Positions 49,891 through 59,177 of a DNA stretch of 64,000 nt are shown in pieces. Where the stretch lies: NCBI GenBank assembly GCA_964349125.1, contig CAYGFH010000001.1, positions 708,801 to 772,800 of the forward strand, given 5' to 3'. The DNA is from an uncultured Gammaproteobacteria bacterium. Lineage in GTDB: Bacteria; Patescibacteriota; Microgenomatia; UBA10105; UBA927. Position numbers and translations under genes: made by a program. The notes beneath the pieces are model-generated. The model saw only the letters and a list, made by a program, of their open reading frames with translations. It did not search any database and was not told the DNA's origin. Each line of letters starts with the position of its first letter. The first letter of the stretch is position 1.

Positions 49891-51753
49891 ATGAATCTAA
49901 AAGATACGATTGAAAAAATTTTGACTGAAAAGAACGTTGAATACCGGTTTATTCCGCTTCCTGCGGAATTACCCGCAGATGTCCCATCCCACGCTGCGTT
50001 TCACGGTATTTCGCTTGCGAATGCAATGACAACCATGCTCTATCGGACAGAAAAAGGCATTATCGCCGCAGTGAAACGGGCGGATACTCAGGTTGATCAA
50101 GAAGCGTTAAAGGCGATTGCGGGTGTGTCGACCCTGACATTTGCATCAAAAGAAGACCTGAAAGCAATAGGGACTGAGGTTGGGCTGGTACCATTTCTTG
50201 GACTGAACATCCCATTTTACATCGATGACAACGTGATGGGTGTAGGTAAAATTTACGGAACAAGTGGGGATGCATTGATGGGTATGTCTATGAATGCGAC
50301 AGATCTCCCGCTGGTAAACGCAGGCAAAGTTTCGAACTTTGCGCGACTAGAACAGCTTGCGAGCGTTCCGATGGGAAAGCGTTTTTTATCTGGCATAACT
50401 CCCAGCGGTGACGGATCACTTCACATAGGGAATTACCTGGGCGCAGTGAAACAGTTTATTGAGCTATCAAAACAGAATGAAACATTCCTGATGGTAGCCG
50501 ATCTCCACGGGCTAACGACCATACAGGACAAAAAACACCTGACTCGGAACATAGAGACACTAGTGCTTGAAGAGTTATCCCTGCTTCTTGGATTTTTGGG
50601 CGAGGAGAAATTTAATTCCATTACGTTCTTCAGACAATCTGATGTGACCATGCATACCGAGTTACAGTCGATACTAAACAATGTAACGCCCCTTGGTTTA
50701 CTGAAACGTGCGCATGCGTATAAAGATAAACTCGCGAAAGATGTGATGGAAGACGATGTGAACTTAGGTCTATTTAATTATCCGATCCTCATGGCGTCTG
50801 ACATTTTGTTGTATAAACCTGATCTTGTCCCTGTAGGAAAAGATCAGAAACAACATATTGAAATTACCAGAGATGTGGCGGACCGGTTTAATCGGATTTA
50901 TAAGAAAAATGTGTTGAAATTGCCAGACCCGTTTATTCCCGAAGCTGTCTCAGTTGTATTAGGAACTGACGGAAAGCGAAAAATGAGTAAGTCCCTGGGT
51001 AATCTGATCAGCATATTTGACGAGGAATCAGTCATAAAGAAACAGGTATACGGTGCCTATACTGATCCGACCCGCGTGCACGCTACGGATAAGGGTCATA
51101 TAGAAGGAAACATGGTGTTTTCCTATTTACACTATTTCGGGGAAACCAGCCGTGTTGAAGAGCTCAAAGTTCAGTACAAAGAGGGAGCCGTGTCAGATGT
51201 CGCAGTAAAAGAGTATCTTTTTGAATGTTTGAAGCGAACGTTTGCTCCAGCAAGGGAAGCTTACGTTCAGCTAAAGGCAAATCCAAAACGAGTGAAAGCT
51301 ATTTTGAAAATCGGGCAGGAAAAGGCGCTTTCAGTCGCAACGCAAACCCTGAAGGAGGTTCGTGATGCTATAGGTATCACGACGTCATATTCATTCTTTG
51401 AGTACCCGAAAGTGAGTGGAGGCGACACGGTATCCATCGATGACTTCGCGAAAATTCGGTTAACCGTTGGTCATGTTGTCAGCGCAACGCATAAGGAGGG
51501 GAGTGACAAGCTGATCCGTTTGGTTGTCGATGTCGGAGAGCCGGAAAAACGGATTATATTTACCGGGGTACGAACATTCGGGTATACGCATGAAGATTTT
51601 TCGGGTAAGCAGTTTTTCTTTATCACCAATCTGGCCCCGCGAAAAATGCTTGATGAGTATTCGGAGGGCATGATACTCGCAGTAGATGGAGCAGACGGTA
51701 GGCCACAATTTATTTCTGCTGACGGAATGCCGGTGGGCTCCCAAATTCGATAA
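49891..51753 (+). CDS. trpS: tryptophan--tRNA ligase with N-terminal YbaK/ProX-like deacylase domain and C-terminal Trbp111/EMAP-like tRNA-binding domain
   Basis: Catalytic core RFLSGITPSGDGSLHIGNYLGAV (TrpRS HIGH region), VPVGKDQKQHIEITRDVADRFN and RKMSKSLGN (KMSKS). N-terminal 150 aa: AMTTMLYRTEKGIIAAV...IGTEVGLVPFLG (YbaK GxxxGxxPxG-type). C-terminal about 110 aa: DFAKIRLTVGHVVSATHKEGSDKLIRLVVDVGE...GMILAV (Myf/Trbp111 OB fold). Start at ATG(49891), 5 nt after AAGGAG. The ORF track starts at 49852. Confidence 0.9.
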   Translation: MNLKDTIEKILTEKNVEYRFIPLPAELPADVPSHAAFHGISLANAMTTMLYRTEKGIIAAVKRADTQVDQEALKAIAGVSTLTFASKEDLKAIGTEVGLVPFLGLNIPFYIDDNVMGVGKIYGTSGDALMGMSMNATDLPLVNAGKVSNFARLEQLASVPMGKRFLSGITPSGDGSLHIGNYLGAVKQFIELSKQNETFLMVADLHGLTTIQDKKHLTRNIETLVLEELSLLLGFLGEEKFNSITFFRQSDVTMHTELQSILNNVTPLGLLKRAHAYKDKLAKDVMEDDVNLGLFNYPILMASDILLYKPDLVPVGKDQKQHIEITRDVADRFNRIYKKNVLKLPDPFIPEAVSVVLGTDGKRKMSKSLGNLISIFDEESVIKKQVYGAYTDPTRVHATDKGHIEGNMVFSYLHYFGETSRVEELKVQYKEGAVSDVAVKEYLFECLKRTFAPAREAYVQLKANPKRVKAILKIGQEKALSVATQTLKEVRDAIGITTSYSFFEYPKVSGGDTVSIDDFAKIRLTVGHVVSATHKEGSDKLIRLVVDVGEPEKRIIFTGVRTFGYTHEDFSGKQFFFITNLAPRKMLDEYSEGMILAVDGADGRPQFISADGMPVGSQIR

Positions 51754-51828
51754 AGGAATGTTGCGCAAGCGAAATCCTATTTCGAAGGAGACGATAGATG
51801 CCTATACCCGCACATGATGGGTGGAGAT

Positions 51829-52224
51829 TTAGACTGCAGGTTGCAATAGCTCCTTTACCTTATTCACTACCTGATCAGGTGTATGATCACTCTTTATGAG
51901 GTATCCACGGGCGCCGAGCGAAATTGCATTTGCGATGATTGTTTCCTGTCCGAGGTTAGATAGCACCAGAATTGCTTCATTTGGCGCAATGGGCGGTGTC
52001 TCATTTTTAAGTTTTTCGAGAATCTTAATGCCATCCATTTTAGGGAGCATAATATCAAGAAGCACAATATTATATCCGCCAGCATGCATTTTCTGATACC
52101 CCTCTTCTCCATCCACAGCGTGTTCCACATCGTATCCTTCGTCCTGCAATATATCGATATAAAGCTCTCGTATATATTGATCGTCTTCGACGACTAACAC
52201 TTTTTTGATCCCTACAGTATTCAT
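51829..52224 (-). CDS. single-domain response regulator (REC only, CheY-like)
   Basis: KVLVVEDDQYIRELY...DGEEG...IVLLDIMLPKMDG with the phospho-acceptor Asp in LLDIMLP. Confidence 0.85.
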   Translation of the reverse strand: MNTVGIKKVLVVEDDQYIRELYIDILQDEGYDVEHAVDGEEGYQKMHAGGYNIVLLDIMLPKMDGIKILEKLKNETPPIAPNEAILVLSNLGQETIIANAISLGARGYLIKSDHTPDQVVNKVKELLQPAV

Positions 52225-52238
52225 ACTAAAAGTGTACT

Positions 52239-53696
52239 CTATATCACTTTTGGTTGTAAAGCATTTGCGTCTGAATTAACCGGAAGTGTGAATGTAAACG
52301 TGGATCCTTTTCCAAGTTCAGATTGAACATCTATAGACCCTTTATGGAGTTCCACATATTGTTTGGATATAAATAAACCCAAGCCACTGCTTTCTGCAGT
52401 GACCGTTACCAGTGAATTTTCCAATCGTCCGAATTTTTTAAATAATTTCGGCATATCATCGGCTGCAATGCCACGACCGGTATCAGCGATAGAGAAGCGT
52501 ATGAGATTGCCCTCCTGAGCCACTGTAAGCGTGATGGTGGCTCCTTTTTGCGAGTATTTGATACTGTTACCGATAAGGTTCTCTAGGACCTGTATGATCT
52601 TTTCATGGTCTATCTCGATGAGTGGTAGCACATCAGGTTTATGCACAATAAACGTGACTTGGGCGTCAGCAACCTTTGCGGCAAATTCAGTCTGTATATC
52701 ATCGCATAATACCAACGGATTTACCTGTGTCTTATGTAATGTCACGCGTCCGGATTCAATGCGCGATACATCCAACATTTCATTAACCAAATGTATGAGG
52801 CGTTCTGTTGATTTAAATACTCTGTCCAGATAGATCCGTGCTTTCGGCGTAATTTCTCCTGCTTTGTTGTTTAGTACCATCCATGCATAACTTTTTATTG
52901 CGGTCATGGGGGTTCTCAGTTCATGTGAGGCAACAGATACGAATTCATCCTTCAATTTATCCAGTATCCGTAATTGTTCGTTGGCATATTGCACCTGATT
53001 GTTCGTTTCTTGTATATGCTCCAACAGTTCAGAGCGATCAATAGCCAGTGAAATAGCTCCGATGAGTTCGTCGAGCGTTTCTTTTTCTCCACGAGACAGG
53101 TCGTTGGCTTTTTTTGCAAGTCCGAGGCAGAGAAGCCCAATCTGCCTTGCTCCAATACGCAGCGGATAGATGATGACGGTCTTAATGTGCAATTGATTCT
53201 CTATATGGTCGGCTATTTCCTGATTGATAAGCGGTGTAAAAATATCCAGCAAATTTCCCGTTACCGTCTGTTCGGGACTATTGAGTGATGTAACCAGTAA
53301 ATTTTCATTATCCGAAAGTGGGATTGCAGCACTATCAGAGGAAATATGAAGCGCATCAGACAATGCTGAATTCGCTGTCAACTGTGCAATCGCACGAAAG
53401 CGAAGCGCATGTTTTTGATCGTCTATAAGCGCTAAAATGGCGAGAGGAAATTTTAGTTCAGACACAATTGCATCTGCTATCTTTTGGCTAGCCTCATGTG
53501 TTGAGAGAGAATTAACGGTAATTGTTGAAATAGTGCGAAGCACACTAAGCGTTTTATTTTTTATGGAAAGCTCCAGATTTTGCTTGTACATCTCCTCCGT
53601 AATTTTTGACAAATCTTCAGAAGATTCATGGAGCACTGATTTGGGTGATTGCTTGGATGATCCGACAAATACTGGTGAATTGGCAGGCATATACAA
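52239..53696 (-). CDS. cytoplasmic sensor histidine kinase (GAF-like N-domain + HisKA + HATPase_c)
   Basis: H-box VSVASHELRTPMTAIKSY. N/G boxes LENLIGNSIKYS and DTGRGIAADDMPKLFKKF...GLGL. No TM helices. Confidence 0.85.
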   Translation of the reverse strand: MYMPANSPVFVGSSKQSPKSVLHESSEDLSKITEEMYKQNLELSIKNKTLSVLRTISTITVNSLSTHEASQKIADAIVSELKFPLAILALIDDQKHALRFRAIAQLTANSALSDALHISSDSAAIPLSDNENLLVTSLNSPEQTVTGNLLDIFTPLINQEIADHIENQLHIKTVIIYPLRIGARQIGLLCLGLAKKANDLSRGEKETLDELIGAISLAIDRSELLEHIQETNNQVQYANEQLRILDKLKDEFVSVASHELRTPMTAIKSYAWMVLNNKAGEITPKARIYLDRVFKSTERLIHLVNEMLDVSRIESGRVTLHKTQVNPLVLCDDIQTEFAAKVADAQVTFIVHKPDVLPLIEIDHEKIIQVLENLIGNSIKYSQKGATITLTVAQEGNLIRFSIADTGRGIAADDMPKLFKKFGRLENSLVTVTAESSGLGLFISKQYVELHKGSIDVQSELGKGSTFTFTLPVNSDANALQPKVI

Positions 53697-53738
53697 CGAG
53701 TATAAAGTGTATAATGTACTAAGTCACTAGCAACCTAA

Positions 53739-54026
53739 TTACCTGAGAATTTCTGGAAGGTCGGAAGGGGAGAGAGACAATTGAGTCTCTTTTACGGCAT
53801 CCTTACATGCTTCAACTGAAGCCTGTCCGAAAATATGTTGGTATGAGTTGACGAGGTTCTCCAAGATTCGGACAATATTTTTGGATTGAATGGTCACACT
53901 GCCATCAATGCTGACGTGAATTCCATCAACCTTTTTTGCCTGTTCTTGTGCTAACGGGCCAATGATCGTTTCCTGATGGGAGATGATTGATCTGGCTATT
54001 GTTGTGGCCTGGTCGATTGATAGCAT
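53739..54026 (-). CDS. small hypothetical protein co-oriented between membrane protein and histidine kinase
   Basis: 95 aa, soluble, no motif recognised. Confidence 0.4.
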   Translation of the reverse strand: MLSIDQATTIARSIISHQETIIGPLAQEQAKKVDGIHVSIDGSVTIQSKNIVRILENLVNSYQHIFGQASVEACKDAVKETQLSLSPSDLPEILR

Positions 54027-54030
54027 ATGT

Positions 54031-54858
54031 TTATTTCATTGAATGAAGTGCTTTTCCAACACGATGCAGTTGAATAAGTCCAAGCGTCATCAGTGTGTAC
54101 GCAACAAGATATAGGTAGTCAACAGTTCCTCCCACAAAGTATCCATTGTGGCTGTTGGCATACAAAAATGCGAAGTCAGATAAATATTGCACAACTAGCG
54201 ACGCAATTAAAAACTGGATCGGATTTTTCATAACACCGCCCAGCGATTTCCTGGAAAGACTGTACACTAAAATAGCGAGTGAAACATACAGTGCTTGCCC
54301 GAGTGGGTATCCAAAATCTAATGCAATGGTAAGTGGCTGTGTCCAATCAAATTCATATACTTGGAGGAACAAATAATATGAGCCTATAAGCCCGATCGTG
54401 GGAATTATGACTGCCTGAAGCTGGGTATGCCATGATCTTGAATTTATTTTAACCCCGGATGCTTTTGCCAGTAACCAGAGTGCATAGATGTAAATCGGAA
54501 TTGATCCAAAAAAACCGATATCAGGAATGCCAGGATAGGAGACTTCGATTCCAAGGAAGAGGTTATATACACTATTACTGACCTGTCCCAATGCCTGCGC
54601 AAGCAATCCACACGAGAGCATGATTACTGCTTTTCCCATCATACTTTTCCAGCTACCCCAAATTTTGGCTGAATACAGTCCAAATAAACCGCCAAATACT
54701 GTCATGAACGGTCCATATACGGCTCCGAATAGATACGTGCTATAGCCACCCGGTACAGCAACCCGTTGTAAAACTAGCCACCAAACAGTAAGGAGCACAA
54801 AAGATGTGACAGTGATTTGTGCGATGGGATTTGATTTCAATAAGTCTCTCATATACAC
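54031..54858 (-). CDS. polytopic (about 8 TM) membrane protein, candidate membrane sensor partner of the cytoplasmic kinase
   Basis: Hydrophobicity pattern only. First gene of a co-directional four-gene unit ending in the HK and RR. Confidence 0.5.
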   Translation of the reverse strand: MYMRDLLKSNPIAQITVTSFVLLTVWWLVLQRVAVPGGYSTYLFGAVYGPFMTVFGGLFGLYSAKIWGSWKSMMGKAVIMLSCGLLAQALGQVSNSVYNLFLGIEVSYPGIPDIGFFGSIPIYIYALWLLAKASGVKINSRSWHTQLQAVIIPTIGLIGSYYLFLQVYEFDWTQPLTIALDFGYPLGQALYVSLAILVYSLSRKSLGGVMKNPIQFLIASLVVQYLSDFAFLYANSHNGYFVGGTVDYLYLVAYTLMTLGLIQLHRVGKALHSMK

Positions 54859-54906
54859 AGCGTAGAATCATTTGCTACCAGAGTCAAGGGTTATGAGTGT
54901 ATACTA

Positions 54907-55827
54907 ATGATCATGAATTGGCTTCCCTATGCATTAACAGCAGCACTTAGTTTTGCTGCCGTAAATCATATCGATAAATACTTGTTGTCAAAATATTTTA
55001 AGGGACGGACAACCGGTGCGTTGTTATTATTCTCAGCGTGTATCGGTATACCAGTCAGTGTGTTGATTGCTATACTCTCGCCTCAAGTATTTGATTTGTC
55101 ACTAGGTAGCAAAATTATTCTGGTTTTTAATGGGGCGTTTTATCTGCTTGGACTTTTGCCATACTTTTATGCGTTGGATAAAGACGAAACATCCATAGTC
55201 GCCCCTCTATTTCAAATGGTGTCGGTGTTCAGTGCTCTTTTAGGTGTCATATTCTTGGGTGAGAGGTTATACCTGATGCAGTGGCTTGGCTGTGTGTTGA
55301 TTTTCTTGGGAGGGGTTGCGCTCTCAATGGAAACCTCCCAGTATACAAAAATTCGCATTAAATATGATGTCTTGCGGCTTATGGTATTTGCCTCATTTAT
55401 TATGGCGTTTAACGGGTTTATTTTTAAGTTAGTCGCTGTGCAGACAAAGTTTTGGACCGCCATGTTCTGGGAGTATACAGGGTATATTTTATTTGCTTCA
55501 TTAGTCTATATTTTTATCCAACCATTTAGAGAGGAATTTCTTACAGTGCTCAGGCAAAATAATCTGAAGATCCTTGGAGTGAACGGAGTAAATGAAGTAT
55601 TAGCTATCGTAGGAAAATCATTGCAGCACTTTGCAACTATGTTAACGCCACTGGCGATCGCGTTTGTTGTCCACGAAGGCGCCCAGCCATTTTTTGTTCT
55701 GCTGATAGGAATTTTTCTTACTGTTTTTTTCCCAAAAATCAGCCAGGAAGATATATCAAAAAAGGTTATTATTCATAAATTTGTCGCCGTCGGTGTGATG
55801 GTGTTTGGTGTGCTTCTACTATCCTAA
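54907..55827 (+). CDS. EamA/DMT-superfamily transporter
   Basis: 10-TM architecture with duplicated EamA halves. Confidence 0.75.
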   Translation: MIMNWLPYALTAALSFAAVNHIDKYLLSKYFKGRTTGALLLFSACIGIPVSVLIAILSPQVFDLSLGSKIILVFNGAFYLLGLLPYFYALDKDETSIVAPLFQMVSVFSALLGVIFLGERLYLMQWLGCVLIFLGGVALSMETSQYTKIRIKYDVLRLMVFASFIMAFNGFIFKLVAVQTKFWTAMFWEYTGYILFASLVYIFIQPFREEFLTVLRQNNLKILGVNGVNEVLAIVGKSLQHFATMLTPLAIAFVVHEGAQPFFVLLIGIFLTVFFPKISQEDISKKVIIHKFVAVGVMVFGVLLLS

Positions 55828-55835
55828 ATACTCAT

Positions 55836-56741
55836 ATGTTACCGGTATATCCCAGACTGAAACCTCTTGAGTTAACTGATAAAAACGATATTGAGAAGCT
55901 AGTTGCATTGTATCCTCCCTACTCGGACTTTAATTTTGTAAGTTTATGGAGTTGGAATATTCACAATATGGCCAAAGTGGGCACACTCAACGGGAATCTG
56001 GTTGTGCTTTTTCAGGATTACATCACAAATGAAGCGTTCTTTACATTTATCGGTGAGCGACATGTTCAGGAAACAATCGATACACTGCTATCCAATGCGA
56101 GCGCATGTAACGTTATAGATGAATTGCGGTTAATTCCAGAGCATACAATACTGCAACTTCCTGCCGGTGCGTATACGGTGATAGAGGATACTGATAATCA
56201 TGATTACGTCGTTTCAATCCAAGATGTGTCTGAAATGAAAGGTACGGCATATTTATCAAAACGTAATCATGTAAATCGGTTTACCCGTGAATTCGGTCAC
56301 ATTTCCCGTTTGCGCCATATAGATATACGCTCCCGACAACAGCAGGAGCAAATCCTCAGCCTGTTTGAAACGTGGCAGAAAGCCAGAGGAAAACTTGATA
56401 TGGAAACTATAAATGAATTGAAAGCGATACGGCGCTTATTTCTAGGAGCTCATATTTTTGATCTCCACTCAATGGGGTTGTTTATCGAGTCAGAGTTGGT
56501 TGCATTCGCCATTCATGAAAAAGTTCAACAACAGTATGTTGTATTCCACTTTGAAAAGGCCGACACAAATTACATAGGCATATTTGAATATTGTAAACGA
56601 CATGTCTCGACCGCACTTTTACACGACGGGTCGGTCTATATGAATTTGGAACAAGACTTGGGAATAGAAGGACTTCGAAAAGCAAAACAATCGTACAGGC
56701 CAGTTCATTTTTTGAAAAAGTATACAGTGAGGAAGGAATAA
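55836..56741 (+). CDS. stand-alone DUF2156 (MprF C-terminal-like, aminoacyl-tRNA-dependent transferase fold) protein
   Basis: N-terminal YPPYSDFNFVSLWSWN and C-terminal GIEGLRKAKQSYRPVHFLKKY resemble the GNAT-like aa-tRNA transferase domain of MprF/FemX-type enzymes. No membrane domain. Confidence 0.6.
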   Translation: MLPVYPRLKPLELTDKNDIEKLVALYPPYSDFNFVSLWSWNIHNMAKVGTLNGNLVVLFQDYITNEAFFTFIGERHVQETIDTLLSNASACNVIDELRLIPEHTILQLPAGAYTVIEDTDNHDYVVSIQDVSEMKGTAYLSKRNHVNRFTREFGHISRLRHIDIRSRQQQEQILSLFETWQKARGKLDMETINELKAIRRLFLGAHIFDLHSMGLFIESELVAFAIHEKVQQQYVVFHFEKADTNYIGIFEYCKRHVSTALLHDGSVYMNLEQDLGIEGLRKAKQSYRPVHFLKKYTVRKE

Positions 56742-56750
56742 CTTTACAAG

Positions 56751-57107
56751 TTACCTATCTATTGTAACGGCTGTCGCATCTTTGGCCTGAAAGTATGCAG
56801 CAGCGAAGTGTTTTGCAGTGTCAGTATCAAAATCTTTGCAGCTAAAAATATCTATAAATGCACGTTTATCCACTTCGTCACAGTGAATGGTAATAGAAGA
56901 TGTCTCAATAAATTGCATGGCGCTATATCCTTCAAGAGTTCCAGCCCCAAAACGCTCTATGTACGTGGGGCCATGTGCAACCATTTTGATTTTTTTAATA
57001 ACTTGGGATACAAATTTCTTAATTAAGTCAGGGTCACTCAGTGTTTTTTTATTACACCCGTAGAGATTTATGGAAACTGATTTCCCCCATGGTGGTGTTT
57101 TTTTCAT
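56751..57107 (-). CDS. speH: S-adenosylmethionine decarboxylase proenzyme, small archaeal/bacterial SpeH type
   Basis: GYSAMQFIETSSITIHCDE contains the E-S self-cleavage site context. Start chosen at the internal Met (MKKTPPWG). The ORF track extends to 57173. Confidence 0.8.
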   Translation of the reverse strand: MKKTPPWGKSVSINLYGCNKKTLSDPDLIKKFVSQVIKKIKMVAHGPTYIERFGAGTLEGYSAMQFIETSSITIHCDEVDKRAFIDIFSCKDFDTDTAKHFAAAYFQAKDATAVTIDR

Positions 57108-57208
57108 AGAATACTCATTATATTTGTTTTTAGTTTTTGCCCGCAAGGCGTAATCTCTGTAATTACATTGCAATGCAGATCACAATCGGTATATAATGAG
57201 CCCTCACT

Positions 57209-59131
57209 ATGGCAGAAAAACATGCAGTAAAAGGGAAGCCCTATTCAAATGGTCAGAATCGCCCAAATGGTTCTGGTAAGAAATCCGGAAAAATGTTTGA
57301 ATTTCGGATGGAATTTAATCTGAAAAACATCATTGTCGGATTGTTTGTTCTGTTTTTGGTTTTCTCCCTGTTTAGCAGCCTGAGTGATCCCAGCTCACTC
57401 CTTCCTAAAAAACCGTTATCCACAATTATTACCGATGTGAGGGACGGAAAGATAGAAAAAATTGAAGTGGAAGACTCAAAACTAGTAGCACAGTACAAAG
57501 GGGGAGAAAAAGTAGTTTCTCACAAAGAGCCACAAGATTCTCTGGTAAAGCTCTTGGAATCATCGGGGGTTGATCCCAAAAAAACAGAGATTACTATAAA
57601 AGATCTCAGTGTCGGACAAATGTGGGTTGGAATAATTTCAAATATACTCCCACTCATACTGACAGTCTTGTTTTTCCTGTTTATTTTCAGACAAGCTCGT
57701 GGCGCACAGGATAATTTGTTTAGTTTTGGCCAAAGCAAAGCGAGAATTTTTAACAAGGATTTACCAAAAATCACGTTTGCAGATGTTGCCGGAGTTGATG
57801 AAGCCAAAAAAGAACTGGAAGAAGTAGTCGATTTCCTTCGAAATCCAGCGAAATACAAAGCGCTGGGAGCACGAACTCCCAAAGGTGTGATTCTGGTTGG
57901 TCCGAGTGGTACGGGGAAGACGCTTCTGGCCAAAGCTATGGCGGGAGAAGCAAAGACAGCATTTTACAGCATTGCCGGAAGTGAATTTATGGAAATGCTG
58001 GTTGGCGTAGGTGCCGCACGCGTGCGTGACCTATTTGCCAATGCGAAGAAGAATGCCCCGGCTATCATTTTTATAGATGAGGTTGATGCTATTGGTCGTA
58101 TGCGCAGTACCGGTACGATGGGTGGCCATGATGAGCGAGAGCAGACACTCAACCAAATACTGGTCGAGATGGATGGATTTGAACCGAACACTGCGGTACT
58201 CATCGTTGCTGCCACAAATAGAGGAGATCTTCTGGATCCGGCACTTCTTCGACCAGGACGATTTGATCGGAGAGTCGTACTCGATCTTCCTGATATGGAA
58301 GGCAGAAAAATGATACTGGCTATACACGCAAAAGGAAAACCGTTTGTACAGAACATGGATTGGGACCGAGTTGCAAAGCGGACTGTAGGGTTTAGTGGCG
58401 CTGACCTTGAGAATATGTTAAATGAAGCTGCTATCGGGGCGGCTCGCGGAGAGAAAAAAGAGATAGACAATACGGATGTGGAAGAGGCTGCAACCAAGGT
58501 GAAATTAGGGCCAGAGAAAAAAAGATTGCAGAGTGAATTGGATAGGAAAATTACTGCGTATCACGAAGCAGGTCACGCGGTTGTGTCCTACTTTAGTCCA
58601 AATCTGGATATTGTCCATAGAATTAGCATCGTGTCACGTGGTATGGCGCTTGGCTATACACTTTCACCGCCTGAAAAAGATCGTCTGCATGAGACAAAAT
58701 CACGCCTTATCGAGGAGATAGCCATGACTATGGGAGGCCGCGCTGCTGAAGAGCTAATATTCAACGAGAAAACAAGCGGTGCATCAAATGATATTGACCA
58801 AGCAACGAGGATCGCCAGATACATGGTTATGGAATTTGGTATGAGCAATCTAGGGCCTATAAACTATGGACCTGACCGAGATATCACTGAATGGGGGAAA
58901 AGCCTTTCGGAACAGCAATATATCTCAAACGATGTTCTTGCTGAAATTGACAAAGAAATCAGGAGATTTGTTGAAGAAGGGTATAAGAAAGCGTTTGATA
59001 TCCTTAAGAAAAATCGTAAAAAGTTAGATGTTATTGCAGAAGCACTGATAAAACGAGAAACAGTAGAAAGTGATGAATTTGAAGCTCTAATGGGTGGCGC
59101 AAAAAAAAGGACACTCGCGAACAAGCAATAA
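57209..59131 (+). CDS. ftsH: ATP-dependent zinc metalloprotease FtsH
   Basis: Two N-terminal TMs. Walker [17 protein letters not shown] region, and the zinc motif HEAGHAVV. Confidence 0.95.
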   Translation: MAEKHAVKGKPYSNGQNRPNGSGKKSGKMFEFRMEFNLKNIIVGLFVLFLVFSLFSSLSDPSSLLPKKPLSTIITDVRDGKIEKIEVEDSKLVAQYKGGEKVVSHKEPQDSLVKLLESSGVDPKKTEITIKDLSVGQMWVGIISNILPLILTVLFFLFIFRQARGAQDNLFSFGQSKARIFNKDLPKITFADVAGVDEAKKELEEVVDFLRNPAKYKALGARTPKGVILVGPSGTGKTLLAKAMAGEAKTAFYSIAGSEFMEMLVGVGAARVRDLFANAKKNAPAIIFIDEVDAIGRMRSTGTMGGHDEREQTLNQILVEMDGFEPNTAVLIVAATNRGDLLDPALLRPGRFDRRVVLDLPDMEGRKMILAIHAKGKPFVQNMDWDRVAKRTVGFSGADLENMLNEAAIGAARGEKKEIDNTDVEEAATKVKLGPEKKRLQSELDRKITAYHEAGHAVVSYFSPNLDIVHRISIVSRGMALGYTLSPPEKDRLHETKSRLIEEIAMTMGGRAAEELIFNEKTSGASNDIDQATRIARYMVMEFGMSNLGPINYGPDRDITEWGKSLSEQQYISNDVLAEIDKEIRRFVEEGYKKAFDILKKNRKKLDVIAEALIKRETVESDEFEALMGGAKKRTLANKQ

Positions 59132-59177
59132 CGGCGACATCCAAGCAAAAACGCGCACAATCCAATATAATAGCCTC

